Assembly: GCF_018350175.1 (NCBI RefSeq)
Contig: NC_058368.1
Coordinates: 21,268,001 to 21,332,000 of the forward strand
Direction: 5' to 3'
DNA from: Felis catus
Lineage: Eukaryota
Length of the DNA stretch: 64,000 bases
Shown here: piece by piece, positions 1 to 13,899 of the stretch
Position numbering within the stretch: position 1 is the first letter of the stretch
Layout of the letters: every line of letters begins with the position of its first letter
Translations under genes and position numbers: made by a program
The notes under the pieces: model-generated
The model's database searches: none
The model's input: only the letters and a program-made list of their open reading frames with translations
Told to the model about the DNA's origin: nothing

Positions 1-399
1 TAAACAGATCTTTCACTTAAGGTGACAAAATTTCTCATGAGCTCTCTCGGGCACAAAAGGAAACCTGCACTCTAAGGGAGGACACACAGGCAAGACTTCA
101 CAGGAGAGCTGGACCCCAGCCTTGGCCTTGGCCTTGTCAGTAACTTAGCTGTGTGATGTGGACAGCAAGGGAGTTCACTGAAAATATGTCTCTGGCTTTC
201 TCTTTGAGCGACTCACTCTCTCTCTCTCTCTCTCTCCATTTCCCCCAGGCAAAACAATAACAACTAGAGGAATCTTCTCTGAAGAAGTTAAGTCAGCTTC
301 TTGGGAAGAATTAGGGCTGCTTGGGAAATGAAAGCCTAGATTAAAGCTCTTCTCATTCTGGAATGTTAAAAACCCTCTTTGTTTAAAAGCTGGCTCCAT

Positions 400-1900
400 A
401 TCAGCTCGCTCTAAAGTAAAGCCTACATGTTCCATGCTCCACCTTCATATGCAAAGTTCAGGCAGCCTTCCCTTTCTAGGAAACACCTAGAGGAAAAACC
501 ATCTAAAGTATTTAACAGAATTACTGGAAAAATGGCAATGCCTAGATGTAACACCATAACAATTTCAGACAGAAAATATATAGAGTATTTACCTCCTATG
601 CAATTTTTATGAGAAGTTACTTGAGGATTTACTCCAGGAAAATGAAAGCAAAACACAAAAACTGGAAATCAAAAAAATGGCTGGAACTCAACCAAGTAAC
701 CAATAAAAAGAAATTTTAGGATGACAGTTGTGTGTCCGGCTAAGCAGTTGGCCCAAATGGAACCAGATGTCAGTACATCCCATGAAGAATACCTTCAAGA
801 AAAATTTCATAGATTCCAAGCAATGGAAGAATCACAAAGATGCATGATATTAGTAATATGGTAATAAAAAGGGGAAAGTTTCCTATCCACATAATAAATT
901 AACATATAGAAACTCCAAGGAAAAAAAAAACTGTCTTGAAAAAAAAAAACATTGTATAAACATAAAGCAAACTAAAATACAAAACTACTATTGGAGAGCC
1001 TGGGTGGCTCAGTCAGTTAAGCATCTGACTCTTGGTTTCAGCTCAGCTCATGATTTCACAGCTTGTGAGATGGAGCTTCATGTTGGGCTCTGTGTTGACG
1101 GTGTGGAGCCTCCTTGGGATTCTCTCTCTCCTCTCTCTCTGCCCCTCCCCTGCTGATGCTCTCTGTCTCTCAAAATAAGTAAATAAACTTTAAAAAATAA
1201 AATACAAACTAATGGATAATGTTGAATAGTTTATAAATTGTAAGAAAAGAAAACCCATTTATCCTTTTGATTTGTGCAGAGGCAATAATATCTGTTGAAG
1301 GGTCAAGAACTTGCGATATTAGACATCAGGAGAAAGAAATATAACCTCAGACTGTGGAAATGCAATCTTAGGAAATATAATTTTTAGCTACGAAATGGCA
1401 ACATATTATTTCCATGCATAATAATAAAATATCTTTAAACCATTAAAAATCAATCTACTATACAAGATTTAAATATTGTTATAGAACAAAATGCAGATAT
1501 TAACAGCCTTAATAATATAGAAATAAAGGTTCAGTGGTCAGAAGGTGGGAGGTGGGATAATATAAAACAGCTAGAAGGAAGGCTAAGAATATAAATATCC
1601 CCACCTACTCTAGTGAGGAGTCAAGAGATCATCTCTAAATTTGATTGCACTAGGTTTAGGTTTACAGGTATATAAAAAACACTGGAAAATTTTTAAATAA
1701 TGATTATCAAAAATTGAAAGAGAGTGTGTAAACAGATGCTGTGTAAGTGGCTTAAGCTTCCACTTATAGAGAGGAGACAAGAGAAAATGCCTTAAATTGA
1801 TAAATCAGGAGGAAAAGACCATATACAATCATCATATAATGAAGAAAATAGAAACCACTCCAATATGTCAGACAGATGGAGTGTGATACAAAGAATTAAT
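400..1900 (+). mobile_element. Highly diverged ancient LINE-1/HAL1-like fragments (interrupted by a SINE)
   Basis: A-rich plus strand with decayed L1-like phrases; boundaries approximate. Confidence 0.4.
993..1198 (+). mobile_element. Can-SINE (older subfamily)
   Basis: GCCTGGGTGGCTCAGTCAGTTAAG head, (CT)n tract, AATAAA/A tail, imperfect TSD taaaatacaaa(a)cta. Confidence 0.95.
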
Positions 1901-2184
1901 TACAAGAGTACTGGAAAATCTAAAAAAAAGGGAAAAATAAAAGTTGTTTTAAAAATGTAGGAGTTGGCAAATGAATGACGAACAGGATTTGACAGAAGGA
2001 GAAATAGAAATGTTGGGGTCAGAGGAGCATTGAGTCAAAATCATGAGTTCAGTTTGTGATGTAGTTAAATAATCACAGGAGGCCATGAATAATTATCAAT
2101 TAAGAGTTTAAAAAAAAGTTGCCAGTGCTTCCCATGCCCTTGAACCTTCAATACATACACACACTTCTATTTTCTGACAGTATC

Positions 2185-2267
2185 TTTTATTTCCAGTTTT
2201 GTTAAGGTATAACTGATATACGGCTCTGTATATGTTTGAGGTATACTACATGATGATTCAACATAGT

Positions 2268-2303
<36 letters not shown>

Positions 2304-3165
2304 GAAATGATTACCACAATACATTTAGTTAATATTTTTTCCTCATACAGTTATAAAAAGGGAAAAGGAAAAAAATGTTTTCCTTGTGGTGAGAATTTTT
2401 AGGATCTACTCTTAGTAACTTTCAAATATGCCATAAATCAGTGTTAACTATAGTCATTATGTTGTACATTATATCCCAGTGCTTACCTATCTCCTAACTG
2501 GTAGTTTATACCTTTTGGACATCTTCTTCCAATTCCTCCTCCCCCTACCTCCTTTCTCTAATAACCACAAATCTGATCTCATTTTCTATAAGTTGGTTTA
2601 TATTCCACATATAAATGAGATCATACAGTATTTGTCTTTCTCTGACTTATTTCACTTAGCATAATGCCCTCAAGGTCCATACATGTTGTCACAAATGGCA
2701 GGTTTTCCTTTTTTTATGACCATAGTATCCCATTATACATACATATCACATCTTCTTTATCTATTCACTTGTTGGTGTATACTTAGGTATCCAGCTTTTT
2801 GCTTTTATAAATAATGCTATAATGAATCAGATATCTTTTTAAGACAGTGATTTTATTTCCTGTGGATAAATGCACAGAAGTAGACTTACTGGATCATATG
2901 GTGGTTTTGTTTTTTTCTCATTTTTTGAGAAACTTCCATACTGTTTTCCATTGTGGCTACACCGACAGTGCACAAGTGTTCCCTTTACTCAGCATCTTTG
3001 CCAGCGTTTGTCACCTCTTATCCTTTTGATGATGGCCATCCTAACACATGTAAGGTGATATTTCATTGTGGTTTTGATCTGCATTTCCCTAACGATTAAT
3101 GGTATTGAGCCCTTTTTCATTTACCTGTTGGCCATTTGAATATCTTCTTTGTAAAAAATGTCTAC
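2185..3165 (-). mobile_element. LINE-1 3' end (L1MA/L1_Carn-like), 5'-truncated
   Basis: Antisense L1 3'UTR and ORF2 C-terminal phrases (ttcattgtggttttgatctgcatttccct, ctgacttatttcacttagcataatg). Confidence 0.9.
2268..2303. repeat. (TAGA)9 microsatellite inside L1
   Basis: Read directly from the sequence. Confidence 0.95.
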
Positions 3166-3764
3166 TCTGACATTATCTTCTCAGAAAGAACCTCAAGAAG
3201 GGAAAAGAACGGGGTTCTAAAATGTAGAAGTTAGGGAGGTTAGCTTGAAACTGTAGGAAAAATCCATGCACATGAAGACTGCTCCCTTCAGGGTCCAGGG
3301 TTCTAGCATCCATTTTGGCCCGTGAGCATGTACAGCTGCAAGTGGCAACGATGCCTGTGTTTCTGTGGTTTGTAGCTTTATTTACCTTTCCTTGGTTTCT
3401 CCCTGCCTTCCTCACTAAATCAGAGGGGTAGGTTCTATAGCTTCTCCTTCTCTAAAACTACAAAAAACTCCCGGTAAAGTGTTCCACACACATGTGGTGC
3501 ATAGATAAGACTAACTGACTCGACAAGAAAGTGAGGCAAAGCGGAACTTGAAAATGCCCTGGAGTAGAAACCAGTCTGGGACCTCAACCACTGAGTTCAA
3601 GATCGATGCCTTTTAGACACATGTTTGTTTTCATTAAGAATTACTACCATTGCTCTGTGAACATCTATTAAATAGATTCCATGATTGACTGAAACAATGA
3701 ACAAGGCTGGAACTACAGCTAACATTTTAAAACCTTGCCAAAACTTTAGATTTATACAGGAAAT

Positions 3765-4105
3765 GACTTAGGTCTCAACTCAGAAGTCACCTCCTCAGAG
3801 AGGCCTGTTCAGATCACCAAGCTAAAGCCACCTCCAATCACTCTCTACCACATGACCCTATTTAACCTTCTGCTTAGCACTTACCTTTACCGAAATTATT
3901 TATTTGCTTATTTATATGCTTACTAGTTTATTGATATGCTTACTAGTTTATTACTTATTCATCTATTAGCTTATTGTCTATCTCCACTCACTAGAATGTA
4001 GGCTGTACAAGATCAGAGATGCTGTCCTAATCTCCACTCTATCCCCAGTCTCTAGAACAGAGGTTAGCACATATTAGATGCTCATTGAATCTGTGTTGAA
4101 TCTCA
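3765..4105 (+). mobile_element. L2 (L2a-like) 3' end
   Basis: gtcacctcctcagagaggcct...tagaatgtaggct...gttgaat terminus; internal ~20-bp tandem duplication near 3915-3953. Confidence 0.85.
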
Positions 4106-5339
4106 AATATTTGCTGCATCTCTTCTTGTCTGATGTATATCCTGGATGGAATTTTTTAACATTAGAGAACATATAGACACTAAAATTAACTAAATTCAGG
4201 ATGGGAGACCACTGGGACCTCAGCATAGTAAGACAAATAGTTCCTTCAGATAAATGCTTGGGTGAAATAATTTTCTTAGAGAACCCTCATTAATATCTTT
4301 AAAAGATAGTTTATTATAAATATGCGGCTAGAAAATAAGTGTAATGTGGACTCTTCTAGCAATTGCTGTCATATAGAAGAGATTCCCCAGCTATAGGGAA
4401 CAGACACATCATGCAGCAGAACACTTAACCCTTTCTCAGGATAGATGACGTTATGTGTGGTGCTCAGGGCAAATTAAAAATGCAGGGTCACTTGTCCAAC
4501 AAAATTAATAATTTAAAGATGGCAACAACAGAGCATTAAAACAAATGCAGGACTCTTGCGAACGCCATATCCCTGAGCAACTGCACAGGTCTCATGCCTT
4601 GCTCTTTCTTTATCTACAACAGTAAGATGAGCCAAGGAGGGCGGCGTGGACACTAGTCAGAAAGACAGCTCTCAGAGGCTGTGTGTAACCAGAAGACCAA
4701 AGGTTCCCTGGCTCATCACTCACATGCGTGTGCACGTGTGTATGTGCAGGGCACTCCTGCAGGCAGATACCTCCAGTCTATTACCTCGCAGCATACAATG
4801 GTCACCAAAGGATGCCAATCTTGACAGGGAAGGGGAAGCTCAGAAAAAAGGGTGTGTCCCGGCTAGTGAATGATAAAGGAGAAGAAGCTGGGAGAAACCA
4901 GGAAGACCAAACAACCTCCAGTAGCAAGATGTGTCACAGGAGAAGGGAAAGTTGCCCCAAACTGCAGGGAAGTAATTTTCATCTACTTTTTAATTTGCCC
5001 TAAAGCCAATTTTGCTCTAAGATAGCAAGACACAACCAGATATCTGAGTTTTCAAGGGTCTACATATACCAATTTTAAGGTCCATTTCTGACCAAGCAGC
5101 TTTAACCTTGTAGAGCCTATAGTGGGGGCAGAGATGGGTTCCAGGTCTCCCTCGGGAGTCTTGGGAAATCCACATTTAGATTCTTTTTGGACTTTCAGGT
5201 AGTACAAATCAAAACAACCCAACCTAGTGAATCCTCTGATATTTTAGGGCCAGACAGGAATTGGAATATTTGTAAGCATATGTTGAATACTAGTTAGTTC
5301 AGTAGGACAGATTTATAGTTAGTTATAATCCAGAATAAC

Positions 5340-5905
5340 CAGAGTGCTAATCACTTGTTATCAACCCGGAAGAAAATCTCCAACAGAGTATCACAGGGCT
5401 CCATCCTTAAATCTGTTCTAGTTAATATTTTCAGTTAATGATTTATATGAAAACTTAGCAAGTACATTTTTCACATCTACAGATGACCTGAAAATGAACA
5501 GGATAACTAATATGTTAAAATACAGAATCAAAATTAAAATGTGTCACAACTAGTGAAATGCTAAGCTAAAACAAACAAGATTAAGTTTAACCGGGTAATT
5601 GTAAAGACTTTTTCAGGTCCAAAAAAGTAAAGTGCAAAATTCTAGAATAGAGACAGCAGCCAATGTGAATAATATAGAAATCTAATTAACCAGAAGCTTA
5701 CTAAAATGCAGTAATATGACATGCTTATTCTAAAAAAAGGTTGGGGGGGGATAATCTTAGACTGCATTAATAAATTCACAAAAGCCCAAATCATAGGATA
5801 TAATAATAATCCTATTTTGTCTTCATTGATCATACCCCCAATCAGGAGCAATACTGATTTGTTCCAATAATATGATTTTAAAGATGGCAATACAACACTT
5901 GAAGA
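5340..5905 (+). mobile_element. L3/CR1 LINE relic (reverse transcriptase region)
   Basis: gagtatcacagggctccatcctt...ttaatattttc...aatgattta...acagatgacctgaaa resembles the CR1 GVPQGSVLGP..FNIFINDL..FADDTKL motif; cttagactgcattaat follows. Confidence 0.7.
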
Positions 5906-6380
5906 GGTTAAAAAAAGAAAACAAAACAAAACAAAACAAAACCTGCTCACTCTACAAGATTTGCAATGCAAAGCCAGGGCTAGGACCCAGTTATACCTAC
6001 ACCATTAATAACGCCCACTACATTATGACTCCTCCAAGGCATATTTGGCATTGCCTTATCTAGGAGTAGAATGTGTTCAGGAACATAATTTGTATTCACA
6101 AATTTTCTCCAGCAATTTGACCAATATATATATGAATGGCTTTGGAGAACTCAAATAGGATTTTTAGGATGCAATAATTTCTATAATACTCATATATTCA
6201 GTTTGAAACACCCTTATGGAGCTCACACCTTGCGCCTGGCCCCAAGCTGGGGACTGGAAGTACTTAACAAAACAGTCCCTGCCCTCCTATCACCCACAGG
6301 CAAAACGAGGAGACAGCAGTGTAAATAACTGATCTTTTACTACCTATCATGATATATAGCCGTTACAATTGTAAAGTACA

Positions 6381-6716
6381 TGGTATCATGTGATTGTTTC
6401 TGTCCCCCCCAAAATTCACCTGTTGAAAACCTAATACCAAAGGTAATGGTATTAGTAGGTGGGGCCCTTTGGGAGGTGATTAGGTCATGGAGGACCATCA
6501 TGACTGGAATTAGTGTCCTTATAAAAGAGACCTCAGAGAGCCAGCTCACCCCCTTCTCTGTATGAAGATATAACGTGACATCTGTGACATCTGCCAGACC
6601 ACCCTGGCACCCTGATCTTGGGCTTCCGACTCCAGAACACTGAGAAATATATTTCCATTGTTTACAAACCACCCAGCCTGGGCTATTTTGTTATAGCAGC
6701 TCAAACGAATTACAAC
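6381..6716 (+). mobile_element. ERVL-MaLR solo LTR (MLT1A-like) inserted in an antisense L2 fragment
   Basis: tgtccccccaaaattca...ggtggggccctttgggaggtgattaggtcat...cttataaaagagacc...tattttgttatagcagc. Confidence 0.9.
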
Positions 6717-7014
6717 AGTATATAAGCTGTAAAACGGAGGGAGCGATTAGTCAAAGACACCCAAGGAAGGCTTCAGAGAGGAAAGGATAGTCTACTTATA
6801 TTTCTATCATACCTCAAATTCTCCTTTTATTTGTCAGCAAACACATTAGCACTTAACTTTTGGGAAGAGAGCATGAAAAGGAAGCAAAACCTTGCTGAGG
6901 CGTGCTTCCTGTGTAGCCTGTGTACTAACTAAATGTGATACTCAATGTGATATATAAGATTGAGAGAATATTATACAATAAGTCTCACATAATAAACAGA
7001 TAAAACAAAGGCTT

Positions 7015-7232
7015 GGGGTGCCTGGGTAGCTCAGTCAGTTAAGCATCTGACTTCCCAGGTCATGATCCTGCACTTCGTGGGTTCGAGCCCCACATCGGGC
7101 TCTATGCTGACAGCTCAGAGCCTGGAGCCTGCTTCAGATTCTGTGTCTCCCTCTTGCTCTGCCCCTCCCCCACTTGTGCTCTGTCTCTCTGTCTCCCTAA
7201 AATAAATAAACATTAAAAAAATTTTTTTAAAA
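7015..7232 (+). mobile_element. Can-SINE (felid type)
   Basis: Full body with gacagctcagagcctggagcctgcttc insert; TSD agataaaacaaa. Confidence 0.95.
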
Positions 7233-8427
7233 AGATAAAACAAAAGTTAAACCTTAGCATGCACCCTGCAAAAGTCTTCAAATACAAAGGCTTCGAAAAT
7301 GCACTAATGACATGGTGCCTGCCAGGGAAAGACTGAAGTGTCAAAAAAGCAGTGTCTTCCTCTTTCATTTCTGCTTTTTCTCCTTTGAAAACCAAACAGG
7401 TAGGGATTCCAGGCACTGTCTCCACCAGAATAAAATTCCCACCAACTCATTGTTGCATTCTTATTCAGCTACTAAATGCAATACTTTTTATCTTTTAAAT
7501 AGACTGTATCTTGTTAAAATTCTCTGAGTGCCATGGAGGTGATTCCTGCCGTATTTCAATAGAAATGCTATGTGTGATGCACTGTTTGTTCTGGGGTTCT
7601 CTCTCCCCCATGTAAGGAACTGTGAAGTACTCGCTTTTATTGCTTGGAAGTGTCACTAGGAGGTTCTTGTCGGAGAGTACCACTAACTCCTGGGTGGGAG
7701 AGGGCTTTGTATTTTGGAGGCTCTTGTTTCCTTGTGTAGGATAGGGGGTGTGAAGGTTAGCAAGGTGACCAGATAGCTCCCTAATATGCAGTGTTTGACA
7801 GCCAGTTCAGCTCGGGTCAGCCTTGTGGTGCCTCCTGCAGTGCCATGAGAAGGGTCATCAGGCTGAGGTTCGGCCCCTCCCTTCTTTGCCTGTTGGAATC
7901 TTAGTCATCCTTTCTCTTCATCAGTGAGATCGGCCTCACACTCCACTTTGAAACTGAGCTCCCACCACTGCATTCAATTATGATAGCCCTTATTTCATTC
8001 ATCCTCCCATTACAGGCAGTTTACACATATGTCTCCTTCACTTCTTGGAAGTAAGAACTGATCTAATTCATCTGTGGCTTTGCTCTGTTAGTATGGAACA
8101 AAGTTCTTTACCGTTAGTAAGCCTTTGGTAGGCTGAATTCTATTAACTTCCATCTTTGCATGAAAGAGGCAAGCTGATAAATTCATTTTCAGCAACAATC
8201 AGATTGCCTAACTTTTCACTAAATTTGTCCCTTAAATTTGCAGTAGTATGCACTTACTTCTTGTATATGCATTATCAGTCTAGCAAGATCACAAGGTCGC
8301 TAAGAGTATAGCCCACACATTAGTGCAGCTCACATTCCTGTCCTAGCCTCTCCTAGGCAGTGTCTCTTCTCATTTCTTCCTAGGTGATCTTACATATGTC
8401 CACAACTTCAACTACCACCTACTATAC

Positions 8428-8643
8428 TTTTTTTTTATTTTTTTAACGTTTTATTTATTTTTGAGAGACAGAGCATGAGCAGGGGAAGAGCAGAGAAAGA
8501 GGGAGACACAGAATCCTAAGCAGACTCCAGACTCTGAGCTGTCAGCACAGAGCCCAATGTGGGGCTCGAACCCTCAAACCGTGAGATCATGACCTGAGGA
8601 GCCGAAGTCAGACACCTAACCCACTGAGCCACCGAGGCTCCCC
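8428..8643 (-). mobile_element. Can-SINE (felid type) inserted in an L2 fragment
   Basis: Poly-T, (GA)n and reverse-complement SINE head; L2-like flanks at about 8320-8720. Confidence 0.95.
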
Positions 8644-9412
8644 ACCAAAACTGTACTTTTAATTATCCACTCACATACTCACCTGAATGTTTCACAGACA
8701 ACTCAAATACAACATGACAACCATTCTCTCAAAAAAAGTCATAGCAGTTTGGAGCCAGCGGGTGATCACTACTATATGTGATCTGAAGGATTCTGAAAAC
8801 CTCTCCACTTCGCCTAACTGTAAGAGTCATTGCTTTGGATCTTCAAAGACCTCTACTGAATGCAATATAGTATATAAATTAATGCTAGTAGATTTGCCCT
8901 GTCTCCCCTTACAAGCAATGTAAGGAAAGAACAAGGTCTCATGACTTCATACTCCTAATGAGAGAAGGTTGATGGCAAGTTATAAAAGAGAAAACATCTG
9001 TTTGGCCCTATACCTTGTCTAAACCCACAGATGGTCCAATTTATCTCTGTCCTAAATTTAAGCTAGGAAAGAGCAACTTCTTCTCTAAGAAGTGCAGAAC
9101 ACAGAGAAAATCACTAGATATATCTCCCTCCAATACAAAAGCAAATATGTATGTGTGTGACCCTCCAAACACACACACCCATAGGCAAACACAGGTAAAA
9201 ATTTATGTCAATGAACATTAAGACCAATCTCATTCAATAGAGCCAAAATTTTAACCAGGAGAAAACAGCAATAAACAGAATGTAGAGATGCTCCACAGAG
9301 AGGAAGAACAAAGGTGAGCTACTGTCAAAAATGGCAGTCTTAAGCCCCAGCATAATGTGTGAAGGAAGAAAAGGAAATTGGTTACCACCAATCACCCTAT
9401 CTTATGCTACCC

Positions 9413-9413
<1 letters not shown>

Positions 9414-9459
<46 letters not shown>
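9414..9459. repeat. (AC)23 microsatellite
   Basis: Read directly from the sequence. Confidence 0.97.
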
Positions 9460-9462
<3 letters not shown>

Positions 9463-11665
9463 TCCCAAATCTCTGGGGCAAATGAGTAGCAGCAGCAGTT
9501 GGTACCATTTCCTTTTCCTCCCCATCCCCACCCCTGTCCCTGCCTTGGGCCTGAACTCAACATTTAGCCCAATTGCCTGGTCTCGGGGCAGAAAAGAAGA
9601 GTATCAGACTGTGACTGTTCTTGGTCATCCATGTCCTACCCTATTCCAAACTGACCTGGATAAAAACAATCTATCTCAAGTCAGTTTTGGAAATGGGTGG
9701 TTTATAGGAGAAAGTCATGGAAAGATTAAAGTATATATATGTTCCCTTCAGGAGGCCAAGCCTCCATTTTTCCACCTCTGAGTTTCCCTTTCCTCAAGGC
9801 AATTGCACTTCTGTGCCCTTAACTGTCCCTTCCCCCCTTTCCTCCCATCCTTAGGCATCTTGGCCAACATTTCTTCTCTACTCTCCCACTAAAACAAAAT
9901 AAAGAACATTTTGGCCCTCCTTCTCCCAACCCCCCAAAAAAACCATGTTTTTTAAGAGCCAAATATAATCCAAAAAACACTTTGTTTAATGCACTTACAC
10001 TGACGCTTGCGATGTTTTATAATTTATTGAGAGAATCATTAGACTCAGTAGACTGCCTTCGGCACTGTTTTTGAATTTTTGCTCTTCAAAAAAACCTCCA
10101 ATGAAAACATAAATTGTTTTAGTGGCCCTAATCACTCTGATAGCTCAGGCCGACTTAGAATACATCTGGAAGCTTTAGCTTGATGAAAACTGCCTGCATG
10201 CTTGCTTTTTATTTTGTTCTTTCCCTAAGCTCTCAGATTTGTAGACACGTGATCTGAGAAGACCATTTTGCATTTTGTGTTCAGTCTTATCTCTCAGCCT
10301 GTGGCTCCACCACGGACACCCTGAGAGTTTGCCCCAGAGGCTTGGGGAAGCCTGGTGTCTGACCAGGACACCACGAGAAGACAGCTCAGAGTGCCCTCGG
10401 GCCTGTTTTCAGATGCAGCTCCACAGCAGAGCCTTAGAAGGGTATTCTAGGGCTGACAAGGATGTCCTGGGCTTTTGCTGACACAGTCCCTCCTCATTTG
10501 AATGGGAAGAAGACCATCACACAAGGTAGCATTCTTTAAGAACTCAGAAGCCAGTTTTTCTTTCCTGACTCTCCCACCCTACTTGAGAGTGAATAAAACG
10601 TGGAAGAATACTCAAAAAGCTATTAAGGAAAAAGCCAATTTCTACAAATAAAATCATATTTACCCTGAAACATCTTGGGCACAAGATATATAGTTAAAGA
10701 ACGCAAGCCATTTGAAATCATATGTTTAAAGAAACGATACATTTGTGACAAAGTATTAATAATTATCAAAAAAAAAAAGCTAATACCATTCAAATTACCT
10801 CCTCAGATTTTAAGCATCAAAATATTCTTTGGTAAAGTCCATAGAAAGGGAGATAAATGTTGGTTATTACATTTTTAATGTCTGTCTATCTCATCCTAAC
10901 ACAAACAGGTCCATTTCGGAGCTCTAAATACAGCTATCGCTGTTCCTTCTGGGGAATGTTTGATTTATATAATATGTGGATCTCAACTGCATGTTTAATA
11001 GCTCAGGTCAAGGTTCGTATAGCTCTCCATATGTTTATTGAGTAGCTTTTGCAAATTTTTCATGGAGAAGTTTGTACCACTGGGCACACTAATTTAAAAA
11101 ATTACTGCCTTGTCTTATTGTGGCTAAGAATGAGAAAGGTAAAGCTTTTCCCAGAATGAGATTTTTTTTTAATGCAAGATCTATCAGCCTGCCCTTATTT
11201 TGTAATATCTTTCAGCAGTTGGAATTTTTTTTTTCAGTTTTAAACCATTAGGTGGAAGACCCTACTTGTTAGAGTATTTTTAATCTGCAGCTACCTGTGC
11301 TTAGAATCCCCTTTGGCAACTATTGTTCATGACCAAGACTCACACCTCAGTGCTGCCCACCCCCTTCAACAGATAAATGAAAATTTTAAAAATGCAATAC
11401 AGAACAAACTGCGAAAAGAATTATTCGCAAGCTTTCATTGTTCCCTTCAAACCCTGATTATAACTGAAAGTTTAACCTAAACCCCCAAAGCCACGAGCTG
11501 ATCAGAAAATAAAAGTGAAGAAAGGCATGTGTTTTATGTACTGTTATTCTGAATGTTTAAAACCTGAAAGGACTACATGGGGAATTCAGTCCTCCGCCAG
11601 TCAGGACTGGCCAACCAGCCTTGCGGCATCCATCAGGGAAGGCTGGGGCAGTGAGCACTACTTAC

Positions 11666-11752
11666 CTCGCTCACTCCGAAAGAAATCCCTTCGAAGGCAA
11701 TGAAGATATGGCAGGTAGAGGGTATTCACAGAAGCACGGACTGTAAAATCAT
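11666..11752 (-). CDS. Candidate internal coding exon (87 nt, phase 1-1) of an unidentified minus-strand gene; encodes (D)DFTVRASVNTLYLPYLHCLRRDFFRSER
   Basis: Minus strand reads tttgttggttcccag|ATGATTTTAC...GAGCGAG|gtaagtag: canonical acceptor and consensus donor. Length is a multiple of 3, only one frame is open, several CpGs are retained and the flanks are repeat-free. Gene not recognised. Confidence 0.7.
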
Positions 11753-12364
11753 CTGGGAACCAACAAACGACTGTACCACTCTCCAGATGTGCAGAATGAC
11801 CATTTTCTTTAAACAAATCTCTCATCTCATTACTTCTCCACTACTGCACCCCACCCACACCACACCTGTGGATAAAATGCCTACCCAGCTTCCTCAGCTA
11901 ACACTGCAAAGCAAAAATGGGAGTCATTCGGTCCGATACGCTATCGGGCTTACATCGTTTTGGGAGAAAATCTTCTTACTCCTTTCCTCTAGGGGGACCC
12001 TTATCTAGACTTTTCAGGAATTCATTTTTAGTAAAATATGACTGAAGCAAGATAAATCTATGGCAGACTGCATAGTTTTCTATCACCACAAAGTTAATGG
12101 TGAAAAAATATCTGGCCGTGTTGTAAATCCATTAGAATAAATTAATGGTTCCACTGACATACTCAAAATAAATATGTGCCTGTCATATTTGTAATTAAAT
12201 AATTCAGTGGAAAAATTAAATGTTGAAACAATTACTCACATGGTTTGAAGCATTATGAAAATATTATGGAAAAGAAAAATGGGAGCTGTTATTAATAGAA
12301 CATGGAGATTTTCATGTCTTTGGTGTTTTTTTCCCCTCATTCCCTCATAGTGAAAGGAAAAAGA

Positions 12365-12590
12365 AAATAATATTTATGAAGTGCCTTTTATGTGCCACTA
12401 AGTACTTTCATATCCATCATCCCGTTGGATTATTGTAACAACCTTTCCAGTTCATTCTACAGAGAAGGTAAAGATAATTGAAGCTTGGAGATGTCAGGTT
12501 ACGTGCCCAAGATCACACAGCCAATCAGTGGCTGAGTTAGCATTCCAGTTAAGGTCTGTGCAACTCCAAGATACCATGCTCTTCATCTGG
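12365..12590 (-). mobile_element. MIR SINE
   Basis: gcccaagatcacacagc core and flanking MIR phrases. Confidence 0.75.
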
Positions 12591-13899
12591 GTCACTCAGC
12601 CTGTCACCTCAGCGCTCCGTGCCACATTGCCTCTCTATAGAAGCCACAGGCTGCGACCCTTGCCACTCCCGGGCTGCCCTATCTCCTCCTCATTCCATAC
12701 CAGTATAGGTACATACATTCCTCCTCCTGGCCCAGTGACTGTATTCTTGACTTCTATTTAATGTTTAATCTACAAGTGTAAAGGACCAGTAACGTAAAAA
12801 ATAATAATTAAAGGAAAACAAGAGGCAAATAATGCAACTGGGGGCTCTCTCTCTGAGCCTACAGAAATCTGCCTATTAATATTAGTCCCTGGTGGTGAGA
12901 AGGTACTGGGAGGGCAGCCAACAGTAAGTAGGAGTGGGTGTGGGAAAATGCAAAAGAAAGGAGGAAAGCTTCTAAAAAAGACTGGCCATATGTAGCAAAT
13001 TATAAATTCTCTGGCTGCAAATATAATTTCTGCAAGTCCGGAGCCTCTTAAGGGAGCATATACCTCAGACACACTGCAAGAACCACCAGGTAGGACTTAG
13101 TGGATGCCCAGAGATGGCCACCAAGCAATACAAAGGTGTGAATCTTCTCCAGGACCCGTGCGCTTGTGAACAGTAGATTTGGAGACTGCCCACCTGGTGT
13201 TAACAGAGATCATGATATTATTTCAGGGCTATCTCCTAATCCCAGTTCAGCCTCAGCCTTTCAAAAGCTGACACCCCGGCATAATCCAAACTTTGGAGGT
13301 TTCTGAGATGTACAAAAAGATTGTATTAGCTCAAATTATGGTCATCAAAGAACACAGCCTTGGAGAGTAGAGGAAACTCCCATGTTCTGATTAATAGAGA
13401 CCACCTATGCAGGAGCATGCAGCACGGGCACCCTTCCCCCTAAGAACGCTTTTTGCAAAATAGAAGCCAAGGTACTACTTGGTGTGGCTTGAAAGTCCCT
13501 TACCCACAAAGTATCTCTCTCTCTTATCCTGAAACAGCCTGAAATTCCCATATCACTTTCCCTTTTGTAATGAAACCCTTGAAGGTCCCTGTTAGTATGT
13601 AAACATTATCCTAGAAAATTAAACCAAAGAGCTAATGCCATCTACAAACACGGCAGGTCAAAAATGTTTACTAGAATGGCTTAATGTTACTAAACAGGGA
13701 AGAGACACAGCGATTCCCAGGATTCAGAGCACAAGACGCCACTGCTACCCTGAGAACAAAGCAGGTGTAGTTCAACCTTTTATCTCTATACTAGTTTGGC
13801 TCGTGAGAGAAGACAGAAAACGGGTGAAGTGCAGTACGATAGCAGCTCGCACTTCAATGCGACTCTTTACAACCCAATATCACAGTGCCCACCTCTTAC

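Noticed and set aside
4774..4808. Possible next coding exon (DWHPLVTIVCCE)
   Set aside because: AAG acceptor and gtaata donor are weak, and such matches arise by chance; insufficient support.
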